A stretch of DNA of 64,000 nt from NCBI GenBank assembly GCA_002245135.1, contig NGBS01000001.1, positions 1 to 64,000 on the forward strand. Reading direction: 5' to 3'. The position numbers and the translations under genes were made by a program. Positions 10,148 to 21,990 of this stretch are shown one piece after another. The DNA comes from Proteromonas lacertae. Taxonomy: Eukaryota. The notes beneath the pieces are model-generated. The model was not told where the DNA came from. It searched no databases and saw nothing but the letters and a program-made list of their open reading frames with translations. Numbering within the stretch: position 1 is the stretch's first letter; every line of letters begins with the position of its first letter.

Positions 10148-11029
10148 TATACAACATTTGATAAACAAGTACTGTAAGGATGATTGTTATATTAAATCTA
10201 AAATCAGGTAATAAATATATTAATATGATTACATGAGTATATAATTTATAATATAATAATAATATATAAGAATAATATATAAATAATATATATAGCACTT
10301 ACATTTTCAAAATTAAATTCAAATATCAAAGGAAACGGATATATTTTTAAATGACTGTATAATGACTTTAGAATAGAATTAACTTAAATTTATAATCAAC
10401 TAATAATGGTTTTTATCCAATATGAGTAAATGAAATATGCAGTAGTCTCATATTTAAGTAATTAGTAAATAGAAGCAGTTAACTAAAATAAGCTATATAA
10501 AATAAATAATTATAAAATATATGATAAACATTTCATTTATAAATTATAAAATATATGAACATTAGCTATTTAGGTAGATTTAATTGTATTTTAGTTTCTA
10601 TGTATATCAAATGGTAAATTGTTCATTATTAATTCTAATATTTATAGTAAAGTAATTTAAAAAACACTATATAATAAGAAAAATCAAGAAAAACATTTCA
10701 AAAGTTTGATAGAAAACTCGAGACAGAAATGACGTCAGAAGGGGTCAAATTCTTAAATCCTGAATAACTGATAATTTTCATTTTGAGTGTATATATATAA
10801 AATAATATTATATTCATAATCTACATGATCTTTGTAGTCTATCTAGATAGGTTTCATGTCATATTAAGACATTTTTTCGTTGCCTAAAAAAGTTGTTTAT
10901 ATGGGTCGAAACCTATATATTCTAAAATAACTAACTCCGAACATCATGAATATCATATTAGTTTTGATTGAATCATTCTGCAATATAGATTTCCACCATA
11001 CGGGGATTTCCGCCATACGGGGAACAACA
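10148..11029. repeat. ~880-bp repeat, copy 1, ending in a Ginger-like terminus (...CCATACGGGGAACAACA)
   Basis: Near-identical to 26853-27736; subterminal tandem CCATACGGGGA x2; TGACGTCA at 10730. Confidence 0.92.
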
Positions 11030-11049
11030 ATAATAAATCTCTATTTCTG

Positions 11050-11340
11050 GATATTAATAATTTGTCTTCAATAAGTCTCTTACTTTCTCAGTTTGAAGCA
11101 AAACCTTCTAAATTCTGGTGAGTCTAATATTGTGGTACTGCATTGAAGGTTATGAATTTAAATAGATCTTTGTTGACAGAATCTGAATTGACTTTGGCTT
11201 TTACCATATTTAATAATCTGAATATTTTATTTTAATCACGTTTTTCCAAAACATTTCGAAGTAGTTAATATGGTAAAATCCACAACTTCTTTCAATGCGA
11301 AAATGGGTTTGGCTTGGCCATCCCATTCTCTTTTTATTCT
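11050..11340 (-). pseudogene. hAT transposase fragment
   Basis: Frameshifted DLFKFITFNAV / STTILDSPEFRRFCFKL, paralogous to LFKFITYNAVSTTILDSTEFRIFCYKL in ORF 32444-32695. Confidence 0.65.
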
Positions 11341-11606
11341 ATACATATGGTAAAATTATCTAGCTGTTGTATTTTTTTTAATTTTTATTTCTCACTTTTT
11401 GAAATGTCTCTTTATCTATTAATTTTTATATCATAAATCTATTGCTACCTTATAGGTAATCAACAAAATTTCAATTTTAGACTGATCAAATAACTTTTTC
11501 ATAATTAAAAATCGAAAAAACAAAAATCGAAAGATTTCAATAAAAATAGTCGTTTTGTCTGAATTTTCATACCCTTTATTTAGATCTTTCTAGCTAATTA
11601 GAGCAA

Positions 11607-12521
11607 ATGAGATCCCCAAAACAACCATGTAAAGCCACTGTCAAAAAAACTCCTGTTGCAGAGTCTGAAAAAGAGAAAATTAGAGCTCTGGTATATCAAT
11701 CTTGTAGTATTGGAGAAATTGCCTTAAAAATGGCAAGAACCAAAAGTACTATTTGGTAGTACTTACAAATTATGGGGTTGAAGACGTCCAAAGCCAAATC
11801 AAGTATTTCACCACCTAAGGTTAGAAGAGGGAGAAAGCCAATTATTTTGAACTCTATCATTAGTGGGCAAGCTGTTAGAGATTATATCTTGAGAAGTCAA
11901 GTTAATGGCATTACAATTCAATTTGCCAAAACACTCAGAAATGTGTTGGTGAAGAACAGCTTAATCCCCTCAACAGTATCATTTAGTACAATTCGTCGTT
12001 ATTGTAAATCATTGAAGATCTTTTTTGGAAATATGGAGTATGTCCAGGCTTCACCCAAAAGAACGTTGAAGAAAGATTAATGACAGTATCTCAAAACATA
12101 TTCTTGGATTATAAGATGATTATGTTCTCAGATGAGTTGTTGCGCGCCAATTCAAACTATTTATACTACAGAGGTAGGTCATATAACAAAGTAAGTATAA
12201 ATGTAACATTTTTTCATTAAGTCAAGTACGAATATACATTTAGTTTGTTTTAAAAGTGTCTGGTAGACAAATGGCCAACAATGACAAACGGCGCACTACA
12301 TGAGTCGATGATTAGACTTAGAAATGTTAAAAGTGTTGGATGGAGTATCTCTGGAAACGCAGGTGTTATGGTCTGGAGTGCCTTATCAGAGTATGTATTC
12401 ACTGATCTGATGGTTATGCAGAAGTCATTTGAACCTAAAGATGGCGTAAGTAAGGGAATAAATTCAGTTAGATATTGTCGATTTTTCAAGAAAACTTTAC
12501 CTCCTGTAATTCAACAGCATC
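11607..12521 (+). pseudogene. Tc1/IS630-like transposase pseudogene
   Basis: HTH-like N-terminus, RRGRKP, STIRRY, MFSDES (split by a MITE), VMVWSAL; internal stops; truncated by a second MITE at 12522. Confidence 0.8.
12138..12300. mobile_element. 163-bp Ginger/TDD-like mini-MITE (family B derivative)
   Basis: TGTTGCGCGCC...GGCGCACTACA ends; 5-bp TSD TGAGT at 12133-12137 and 12301-12305; body matches the family B arm at ~18965-19139. Confidence 0.88.
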
Positions 12522-13103
12522 TGTCGCGCGCGATAAAGAAATTTGCGCGGTAAAGGAAGTAATAAGTTTCCATTAAAGTGAATATGCTAATACTTATTTG
12601 GAAGGCCGAGTGAATATAAATACAACATCATTTTGTCTAATTTACTAAATATGTTGAAATAATACTCAAATTTTCTATGATATTTATATCATCTATAATT
12701 AATCTTTATAATTATTTTATTATTTAAATTGCTAGAGTATTTTAGCATTTATGTATAATTAACATATTAATGCATATATGGTGCTCTTTAAAAAAATATT
12801 GAAGAAAAAAGAAAATAAGATCAAGCCTTCCTCAAGCCAATATTTTATTTTTTATTTTATATCATCGTAACACCAATTTTGTTTTATCTTATCATCAAAG
12901 AATTAATAATTCCATTCTCTATCAGTGATATATGCAATAAAAATAATGTTAATAATTAAAGATAACTATTGTTCATGAATGTTTTGAGACAAAATGTTTA
13001 TATATTCATACATAACATGATGACATTAACAATAGTATTATATTATATCTAAATATAAACAATTACTTCCTTTACCGAGCAAATTTCTTTATCGCACTCG
13101 GCG
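12522..13103. mobile_element. Ginger/TDD-like MITE family C, copy 1 (right end eroded)
   Basis: TIR TGTCGCGCGCGATAAAGAAATTTGCGCGGTAAAGGAAGTAAT; homologous to 31585-32210. Confidence 0.85.
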
Positions 13104-13184
13104 GGTTTTGTAACAAATTATGACATTTTTCTAAGTGATTTTAGGTAATTATTTCTTTTAAAAAATTCTATTTGCTGTTACTAT

Positions 13185-14027
13185 ATGCTTAAAGGGGAGT
13201 TGTATAGAAACAATATGAAATTTTATTTATTTGTTATTGTTATGTTTATTTTTAGTTTTATAGTTTATAAAGAGTATTATTATGAAAGTTATTGTCATAA
13301 TAATGTTAAAGAAAATTATAATGCACTGTATAATAAATACTACCTAAATATTGCTTTTGAAGGTTATAGCAAAACTCCCAATATAGAGAAAATATTATAC
13401 AATTTATCACATTTATATGAGGATGAATCAATTGATATATTTTTTATTATTGATGCAGTTAGATTATATGCAAAATCAATCAGAATGTTAAATTTAACAG
13501 AAAATTTAAGATATAATGATGGAGATATAGGAACCAATTTTTATCAAATGAAACATTATCAAAAGCTAATTCATGCACATGACAATATAAAAAGAATTAA
13601 AAATATTTGTGAAATAGGATTTCAGCTAGGTGTAGGCGCTCTAACATTAATAACATCTATCAATCATGATGTCACATACTATGGATTTGATTATGGTAAA
13701 TCATATTCCAAAAATGTTTATAACATTATTTCAAAATATTTTAAAATGAAAATGGTGTGGGGAAGGAGTGAACAGTCAATTCCTAATTTTACTAAATCAA
13801 ATCAAGTTTTTGATAAATGTGATGTTATTCATATAGATGGATGCCACTCCCAAAAAGCTATATATAATGATATATTAAATATGAAAAATATTTCTCATTT
13901 CAAATCGCTTATATTATTGGACGATGTTAATATAAGAAGTGAATCTATTGTTAAAGCTAAAAATAATGGATTAATTACTAATATAAAGTGTTATTTTAAA
14001 CCATATTGTGTTGCATCATATATTTAA
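13185..14027 (+). CDS. Type II membrane class I SAM-dependent methyltransferase (Methyltransf_24-like)
   Basis: N-terminal TM; ICEIGFQLG, YGFD, CDVIHIDGCH, ILLDD motifs. Confidence 0.82.
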   Translation: MLKGELYRNNMKFYLFVIVMFIFSFIVYKEYYYESYCHNNVKENYNALYNKYYLNIAFEGYSKTPNIEKILYNLSHLYEDESIDIFFIIDAVRLYAKSIRMLNLTENLRYNDGDIGTNFYQMKHYQKLIHAHDNIKRIKNICEIGFQLGVGALTLITSINHDVTYYGFDYGKSYSKNVYNIISKYFKMKMVWGRSEQSIPNFTKSNQVFDKCDVIHIDGCHSQKAIYNDILNMKNISHFKSLILLDDVNIRSESIVKAKNNGLITNIKCYFKPYCVASYI

Positions 14028-14104
14028 TAGAGTAGATACCTCACCTCTTCTTTTATAATAGATTATGCAGAAATCATGATGCAATTGAAATCATATTAAA
14101 CTAA

Positions 14105-15111
14105 CTAATTAATATTTACTGATAAAAAATTATGGTTACTAGTTCTTTTCTTATCTAGATATACTTTTAATAAAGGAATAGATTTTTTCAACTCTATATT
14201 TAACTTACTTTTATACTTACCATCAATTGCATATCTTTCATTAGTAATGCCAGCATGATTCTGCATTAACACATTTCTGTTTAGAAAACAACTACCAAAA
14301 GGCTTATAAGTATCACAAATCCAATTATCTATTCCCCAATTTGACATTGACTAATGACATATGCAGATAATATATTATATTATACTGGAGGATAAAAATT
14401 AAATCCAAATATTTCTAAATGAAGTTTTGATACAAAATTAAATTGAAGTAAATTCAAATTGTTTATACCTACAAAACCAGTACTGCCGAAATCAGGTAAG
14501 ATTGGATTATTATGAAGTGAATTAACCATTATTGAAGTCCAATTTGATGTTTTTAATATTGCATCATCATTTAGAGTAATAAAATAATCAGCATCATCTT
14601 CATATGCTCTTTTAGCAATGATATTATACATATCTACTAATCTGCTGCAGTTATGTACTACATAATTCATCTATTGAATGTAAAATGAAATAGAAATAAA
14701 ATATAATGTTTATACAATAAAGTTTGAATGTTTAATTCTTCTTTTTAGTAAGGATAAAAATGTTGATTTGGTTAAATACACGTCATCATATGCATATCCA
14801 AGATAGATTCTATATTCATACATCATAGGTTCGATTGTAGATAAGAAAGAAGGATAGAAATAATTCATTAATAGTAATTGAGATGGATCTGGATTATTTT
14901 CATCGATTTTATTTCCTTTTGAAGTAACAGGTAATACAATAGCAACAATTGGACATGATGAGAATGCAGTTTTGTTATAATTCATACAAACCCTAAATTT
15001 TGGTTTATGTCTTTTGTATTTACTTTTCCTTAATATAAGACATAGCATATATCCAACAGCCAGTATTAAAACATTTTTTACTGTTTTAACAACAACATTG
15101 ATAAATAACAT
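14105..15111 (-). CDS. GT-A fold (GT2-like) glycosyltransferase, 3 exons
   Basis: N-terminal TM, AIVLPVTS, ADYFITLNDD, FYPP..NWGIDNWI; two short GT-AG introns (~14671-14714 and ~14351-14385) join the three ORFs. Confidence 0.75.
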
Positions 15112-15442
15112 TATTTGATTATTTAATTATTCAATAATGTATTTTATAATTAAAAATTCAACTTCAATAACAATATAAAATCAATTTTGTAAATTATATA
15201 ATAAGATACAAAACGAAGATCCAATCTAAACCGTTAATTGAATTAACATCAATAGTATAAGAAGGTAGATAATCTTCTATATCTAATAGCTTCATCTCCT
15301 TTTATTCATCATTTGTTCTTTCATTTATCGTTAAGTTCAGTCTTTCATCCAAACAAGTAATAATATATATTCAATATGTTAAATCATTCATAATTCAAAT
15401 ACACAATTTAAAAGCTGTGTATTTAAGTGAAAAGTAACAGTA

Positions 15443-16579
15443 ATGATTAAAAAAATGCTTAAGAGAAAAAAGGTGAAAATATACTCTAATATATTAATCT
15501 ACTTATTCGTTCTAATATTATTGAATTATTTATTACATACATATAAAAATATGCACAATAAATATTTATATAAAGATGTATTAAATCCAATAGAAATACT
15601 TAATGGTTTTTACATATTCTCATCTATTTTGGATAAAAACTATATTAGAATTCTAGTTTATCAAAACAACAATTTATCAATAAAATATTATAAAAATATT
15701 AATTGCATATATAGAGGAGTTGTAGAGTATAAAATTAAAGCTTTAATTAAACATTTCAACAATGTTCATGAAAAGTATTATAATTTATTTTGTGGATTAT
15801 CAAATAGTAGTAAAATTAATGAAGAATATAAATTATATTTATCTGACAAAAAGATTTCTATATACAATAATATTGAAAGAAATAATTATAAACTACTATT
15901 TTGTCTGACAACTTTATTTAGTTACAACAATACAATAAGATTTATAGAATTTGTTGAATATTATAGATCTTTTGGAGTTGATAAATTTGTTGTGTATAAC
16001 ACAAATTGCTCAGATAGTATATTACAAATATTAAAATATTATTCCATTTTAGGAATTATGGATGTTATATATGACAATTTTACCCATAATTTATTTGAGG
16101 TGAAGAGATTTCATTTATGGAAACATAATGATTGCTTTCATAGATATAAACATTCTGCAAATAGAATTATATTTACAGATCATGATGAAATTATATTTTC
16201 ATCTAAATATAAGAACAGCTCTAATTTATTTTCAAATCTAAATAAATTTGCAGCATCATTTTGGTTTTATCCAAAACTTACAATAACCAATGGAAAGGGA
16301 TTTTTCAACCAGGGGAATTATTCCATATGCCCAAAAAAGTATTGGAAATATATTATTAATATACCTAAATGTATAATTCATGTAAGTATACATCATGTGA
16401 TTATAAAAAGATCATGTTTTATTGAAAAAGTTTCTATTAATCTAGCATATGTTATCCATGCAAGAAATGACAAATCATATCATGCAAAAGCATGTAAAAC
16501 ATGGAATTATGAAAATACCTACAATACTGATAGAGCTATATTGGATAATCAAGTTAAGATAGTGTCTAATTTAGCATAG
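15443..16579 (+). CDS. GT92/DUF23 glycosyltransferase
   Basis: N-terminal TM; FIEFVEYYRSFGVDKFVVY, HNDCFHRYK, FTDHDEII. Confidence 0.82.
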   Translation: MIKKMLKRKKVKIYSNILIYLFVLILLNYLLHTYKNMHNKYLYKDVLNPIEILNGFYIFSSILDKNYIRILVYQNNNLSIKYYKNINCIYRGVVEYKIKALIKHFNNVHEKYYNLFCGLSNSSKINEEYKLYLSDKKISIYNNIERNNYKLLFCLTTLFSYNNTIRFIEFVEYYRSFGVDKFVVYNTNCSDSILQILKYYSILGIMDVIYDNFTHNLFEVKRFHLWKHNDCFHRYKHSANRIIFTDHDEIIFSSKYKNSSNLFSNLNKFAASFWFYPKLTITNGKGFFNQGNYSICPKKYWKYIINIPKCIIHVSIHHVIIKRSCFIEKVSINLAYVIHARNDKSYHAKACKTWNYENTYNTDRAILDNQVKIVSNLA

Positions 16580-16739
16580 TTAATGAGATTACTTGTGTAA
16601 TTTAGTATAGTTAATAATACTCAACTATTAAATGAAGTTGTCCATACAATTGAAGTTGAGTATTATGCACTATAATAGAGTATTATTTCTTTATGTAATT
16701 GCATTACATGGTGTAAAAACTAAGGATTATTAAAATAAA

Positions 16740-18095
16740 ATGCTTCGCAAATACCTGATTATATATTCACATGTAATTGTTTTGATAATATTAGCAAATT
16801 ATTACTATATTATTATAAATGAACCTAAACAATATAATAGTATTATAAACAGATGCATATCATATAATATATCAATTAGAAAGAAATTTGAATATGTATA
16901 CTGCAAATCTGGTAAAAAATTATGGGAAATTTTGCTAAAAATGAATATTAAAGATATATGTTCATTTTTCTTCGATTTAAACATGTTTATCATAAATAAT
17001 ACATACTATTATCACAGATTATATGATAATCCTATAAAAATATCAAATAGTGGTATATTTCCAGATATTTCATATTACAGATTAATACCAGAAAATAAAA
17101 GAAATAATTTAAATGTATTAATATACACTTATGATATACAAAAGTACATTTATATGCATCAACATCCTCAAGAATGTAAAAATAAAAAATACATTATTAT
17201 AAGAGGTTATGAATCTGGACATGGATCAGAAATACATGTCATAACATCTTATTTAGCATTAGCTATATCATTAGATAGAATAGCTATTCTAGATCCATAT
17301 TATAAATCTATGAAATCTCATGGAAAATTTTGTATAAAAAATAAAAATTGGCTATGTTTTTTAGAACAACTCACAAATTGTTCATTACCTAAGGAAGTCT
17401 TTCATAATTCAATTAAATTTATAGATATGAATCAAACTGATAGGTTTATCGGTGTTGGAGGAACTTTAATGTTTAGGAATATTGTCCCAAAACAGATAGT
17501 TAATATATTAAAGAGTATAAATATTTCTCATAATAAAATAATTCATTACTGGAGAATTCAAGCATCTACTTATATATTTAGATTAAATAAAAGAACAAAT
17601 GATGAAGTTAATAAGATTATATTAGATTCTTTAAATAAAAGATTAAATTATGGTTGTTTCAATATCTGGGTTAGACATGGTGATAAATATAAGGAGATGA
17701 AATTATTAAATATTGAAGATTATTTACCTTCATATGAATTATACAGTCTAATTATAAAGAAAAGAATACCTATATATCTATCAACTGATGATCCAAATGT
17801 GACATTATTTTTTGATCATTATAAGAACAACCTTGTATATTATCTTAATTTCACTAGAAGGAATGATAATTTTTCATCAAATATGAAAAGAGGTGCAGAA
17901 ATGACTTTAAATTTCATAGCAGATATAAAAGCTGCTCTCCATTGTGATGTGTTTAGTGGAACAAGGAATAGCAATGTTGTAAGATTAATTGATGAACTGA
18001 GAACTACAGTTGGTTTATCAGCTAATTCTTTTTTCTTTGAAAATGGGGAAATTAAATTTACTAATACATCTTATGAGAATATTGAGTATTGGTAA
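16740..18095 (+). CDS. Alpha-1,6-fucosyltransferase-like (GT23)
   Basis: GHGSEIH, VRHGDK, IYLSTDDP, DVFSGTRNSNVVRLIDELR GDP-fucose-binding motifs; N-terminal TM. Confidence 0.85.
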   Translation: MLRKYLIIYSHVIVLIILANYYYIIINEPKQYNSIINRCISYNISIRKKFEYVYCKSGKKLWEILLKMNIKDICSFFFDLNMFIINNTYYYHRLYDNPIKISNSGIFPDISYYRLIPENKRNNLNVLIYTYDIQKYIYMHQHPQECKNKKYIIIRGYESGHGSEIHVITSYLALAISLDRIAILDPYYKSMKSHGKFCIKNKNWLCFLEQLTNCSLPKEVFHNSIKFIDMNQTDRFIGVGGTLMFRNIVPKQIVNILKSINISHNKIIHYWRIQASTYIFRLNKRTNDEVNKIILDSLNKRLNYGCFNIWVRHGDKYKEMKLLNIEDYLPSYELYSLIIKKRIPIYLSTDDPNVTLFFDHYKNNLVYYLNFTRRNDNFSSNMKRGAEMTLNFIADIKAALHCDVFSGTRNSNVVRLIDELRTTVGLSANSFFFENGEIKFTNTSYENIEYW

Positions 18096-18119
18096 AAGAG
18101 AACTAATACTCTTTTTCTA

Positions 18120-18262
18120 TTATATATATGATGCAACACAATATGGTTTTAAATACACTTTATATTAGTAATTAATCCAATATTTGTAGCTTTAACAATA
18201 GATTCACTTATTATATTAACATTGTCCAATAATATAAGCGATTTGAAATTAGAAATATTTTT
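18120..18262 (-). pseudogene. Inverted duplicate of the 3' end of the methyltransferase gene (continues at 19861-19890)
   Basis: Reverse complement matches ~13885-14025 (KNISNFKSLILLDNVNIISESIVKA); KCDIIHID lies on the other side of the hAT insertion. Confidence 0.8.
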
Positions 18263-18270
18263 CCTAATCT

Positions 18271-19860
18271 CTGAGTTCGGCGGGGACAGGGACAAAAAGG
18301 ACATGTCCGGGACATGTCCGGGACAAGAGTATGATAAAGGACAGTAATTTGTCCCTTTTGTAAACATTTGATATTACCTTTTTGTAATATTAATAAATTA
18401 TGTGATTTTTTTGTTTATTAAAACATTTATAAGTAAGAATAAAGATAATTAATAATAACATTGATAATCTGGACTACCTTCTTTACTTTGCTCGTCATCT
18501 TCTTTGTTGTGCACCATTTGTCATAGTTGGCCATTTGTCTACCAGACACTTTGAAAACAAACTAAATGTATATTCTTACTTGTCTTGATGAAAAATTGTT
18601 ACTTTTATACTTACTTTGTTATATGACCTACCTCTGCAGTATACTTTTTTGTTAATATAAATAGTTTGAATATTTGAGCCGCTTGTTTTCTAGAAATTTT
18701 TGAATCAAACTAAATGCATATTTAGCTAAAATAGACTAAAATACATTAGCTGAAATGATTAGAATATAATAATTATTAAATTTTTCTATATAAAAATAGA
18801 AATGTAAAAGTAGGCTTGAGTGAGGCTTGATTCAATATTTTCTTTTTTCATTTTAAATGTCTTATGATCAACATTAAGTAGTTCTAATCATTTCAGCTAA
18901 TGTATTTTAGTCTATTTTAGCTAAATATGCATTTAGTTTGATTCAAAAATTTCTAGAAAACAAATGGCCAATATTCATACTATTTATATTAACAAAAAAG
19001 TATACTGCAGAGGTAGGTCATATAACAAAGTAAGTATAAAAGTAACAATTTTTCATCAAGACAAGTAAGAAAATACATTTAGTTTGTTTTCAAAGTGTCT
19101 GGTAGACAAACGGCCAACTATGACAAACAGCGCACAACATTCTTTACTTATTACTTCCACATTAGTAATTTCTCTATTTTCATCTTCATCACTTCCTACA
19201 TTTTGCTCTTATTCTCTCTTATTTCTCTCAACTAATTCATACTTTAATCTCATAATGTTATTAATAGTATCTAAGTTTAATCTATTTCTCCTGTATGAAT
19301 GTATTACTCTTTCGATGGAGAAAATTCTCTCAATAAAAGAGCTTGAGCATTAAACATGGTATTGTTGATATAATGTCATAGATTTTCTTTAAATTTCTAA
19401 AGTATATCTCATATGTTGTAAAGCATATATCGGTTGAAATACTTTCGCGAAAAATGGAAGAAGGTGAATAATATATGATATTAAAAATGAAAGAACTCGA
19501 GTTAATCAAATATTGTATTATGTGAAGTTCTGTTATGTGGTGAGTGTTTGTAAATGGGGATATTCTTCATAGATATAGCATATATGGCTTAAATGGATTT
19601 TTGAAAGATATTATTTAGGATATAAAAAAATTACTTGAGTATAGTATGTAATACTTAATATTAAGCTTATTTAATGCTATTGCAGAATATTTTAATTAAA
19701 AAAACAGAAACTTAAACTCAAAAATATAGGACAAAAAAGGACGTGTTAAACTACACGTACCGGGACAAAGAGGACATGTGTAATCAACGAGAAGTTTTCG
19801 TGTATGAAAAGGACAAGGGACGGGACAAAACACAAAAGGACGTCCCGTTGCCGAACTCAG
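18271..19860 (-). mobile_element. Internally deleted hAT transposon
   Basis: TIR CTGAGTTCGGC/GCCGAACTCAG, 8-bp TSD CCTAATCT, subterminal GGACA repeats, hAT dimerisation remnant CSSSFIERIFS...RRNRL at ~19260-19350. Confidence 0.92.
18505..19139. mobile_element. Ginger/TDD-like MITE family B (foldback, ~260-bp TIRs) nested in the hAT
   Basis: TGTTGTGC...GCACAACA; 5-bp TSD TTCTT; long inverted arms. Confidence 0.92.
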
Positions 19861-19886
19861 CCTAATCTATATGAATAATATCACAT

Positions 19887-20849
19887 TTAAAATATAGATT
19901 TTGTAATATTTAGGTGCAAAAAAGCAATTTCAGATATTCTCAATTCATGAATCATAAAAATAGAATTAGCATCAAATACATCAGTTGGTATATTAAATAA
20001 TGAACAATAATTAAATGATAAATACGAATCAAAGAACGAAAAATTTGATCTTCTTGCCAATTTACCAAACAAAACATCTTCCTGAGAAGTACATCTCATT
20101 TTTGATAATACCTCGTCAATATACATCATCAGCATATCAACAGTGTGTGATAAGAAAATATAACACATTCCGCTTGGAAATTTTCGTTTATTATCATTAA
20201 AATACCAAATATTACCTAATACAAATGGTATATTCTTCATTAATAAATCATTTGTAATTGATATTAATAAATGAATATTTACAAAAGTATCTGTATCTTG
20301 TTTTACTATTATGTTGTAATTGTTTTTATTTTTTTCGATCCATCTAAGGAAATAGTAGGTTAGAGTACACAATTTGAAATAGTTTGAATAAAAATTGAAC
20401 AAAACAATATCTCTATACTTTATCATCTCTTTAAATAGAATAGAGTTTAATGTGTCATTATAATCCAAACCTATAAAGAACAGCAACTGTATATCTTTAT
20501 AAAGTCTATATATTTTTCGAAACACATATCTATGATAAAACAAGGATATATGAGAGTGTATAGCAATTAATATTCTTTTCCTTTTAACAATACAATTTGT
20601 TGGAATAGATGTCGCATTTTTTTGGATTTTTATAGATTTTCTATCCATTTTTGTACTAATAACAGTAGAAGTAAAATTTCTACTATAATAAATAGGTATA
20701 TGCTTTTCATAGAATGATTCAATTAGAGTTAATTCCTTAATAATTGTGTTTTTGTACAATATTTCAGTAGGAGTTAAAGTATTACTGTATAGTAATAAAC
20801 ATAAAAGAATAAGTAAAACAAATAATAAATACACATATTTAAAATTCAT
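19887..20849 (-). CDS. GT31 beta-1,3-galactosyltransferase-like
   Basis: N-terminal TM; LLFFIG, EMIKYRDIV, VKQDTDTFVN, SGMCYI, EDVLFG. Confidence 0.85.
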   Translation of the reverse strand: MNFKYVYLLFVLLILLCLLLYSNTLTPTEILYKNTIIKELTLIESFYEKHIPIYYSRNFTSTVISTKMDRKSIKIQKNATSIPTNCIVKRKRILIAIHSHISLFYHRYVFRKIYRLYKDIQLLFFIGLDYNDTLNSILFKEMIKYRDIVLFNFYSNYFKLCTLTYYFLRWIEKNKNNYNIIVKQDTDTFVNIHLLISITNDLLMKNIPFVLGNIWYFNDNKRKFPSGMCYIFLSHTVDMLMMYIDEVLSKMRCTSQEDVLFGKLARRSNFSFFDSYLSFNYCSLFNIPTDVFDANSIFMIHELRISEIAFLHLNITKSIF

Positions 20850-20894
20850 ACATACTGCTGTAGAAAAATATAGTGTTAAAGTTTGAAAATAATG

Positions 20895-21990
20895 TTCACC
20901 AAAAATGGATTATTTATCAAAAAGCTAATCATCTTCTATTGTACTACACTATTGGTCAATAGCAGTTGAGGATCAATTCTATTTATTTTTTCCTATTATT
21001 ATAATAAAGAAAAGCATAGTTATAACAATTTGAATATTAATATTTAGTATTATTTATTCGTGTTATGTAAATATTAAACATCATATTATATCTTATTTTT
21101 AGGGTTATATTAACCAAAATTTTTAATGTTAAAAGAATAAATCTCATAGATGACCACATTTTAATTATTGTTATATTGTATTGTTATTTTGTAAATACTG
21201 AATTGTTCTTCCCTTCTCCTTTAAGTATAATACCACTTATTTTAGTTTCAGTAATTTTATCCCAAAGAAGTAGTTCAAAATTATTGGAAAATAAATTGTT
21301 AATAATACTTGGAGATATTTCATATAGTTTCTATCTTCTACATTATCTTATAGTATATCACTTCAAAAGAATTAAAAGAAGCATTTATTCATTGGATATC
21401 ATTTACTAATAAATGTTATGAATATCCAATAAGAAAATTAAAATACTATCTTGCGTATTCCAAATAGATAAAAATAACAGTTATGTAAAAAACAAATATA
21501 ACAGTAAATTTTCATACAAATATATTAAAGAAAGTAAATGTAATGAATATTGCCATATCAAATCAAAAAGTATGTCATTCTCCCCTTATGATTTACAAAA
21601 ACAATATAGAGATTCTCTAAAAGATCATTGTTACTGCATTTTAAAATGTAAAAAATGTATGAAAGAATTGAATACTTTTAACATACTCCTATTATTAACT
21701 GATTCTCATGGATACCAATGGTTTAATACAATAATACCTCATGCAAAACAAAGAAATTATGTTATAGTATATGTTTGGTTCTGGGAAGATGTAATTATAT
21801 ATAGTAATTTTAATAACATAATTTTCAAAAGTAGATTATGTAGTAAGTTGCCATTATTTATCTAATAGAAGTAATTCCACAAGATTTAATAACAATTACT
21901 AATTCTATTTGAATCTTCTATTAAATTACACGAAAGAAATATATGTGATTCATGATACACCTCATTTTAAGATTAATTCTAATTTATGTT
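20895..21990 (+). pseudogene. OafA-like acyltransferase-3 + SGNH pseudogene
   Basis: LHYWSIAVEDQFYLFFP (~20945-20995), LGDISYSFYLLHY, LLTDSHGYQW; multiple stops and frameshifts. Confidence 0.78.

Larger units (their letters stand above)
1..10150. mobile_element. Endogenous Polinton-like/virophage-like dsDNA virus, right portion (left part outside window; right boundary uncertain, 9600-11029)
   Basis: Intron-less, tightly packed cluster with the complete morphogenesis module: adenain-like protease, minor capsid, major capsid, A32-like ATPase, plus a basic core protein. Confidence 0.9.

Noticed and set aside
10044..10298. Small duplicated ORFs (also 26818-27003, 22879-23067 and 23705-23893)
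   Set aside because: Spurious frames within non-coding repeat/TIR sequence
18283..18345. GGACA repeats as a CRISPR-like or regulatory array
   Set aside because: No spacer structure; they are hAT subterminal repeats mirrored at 19730-19845
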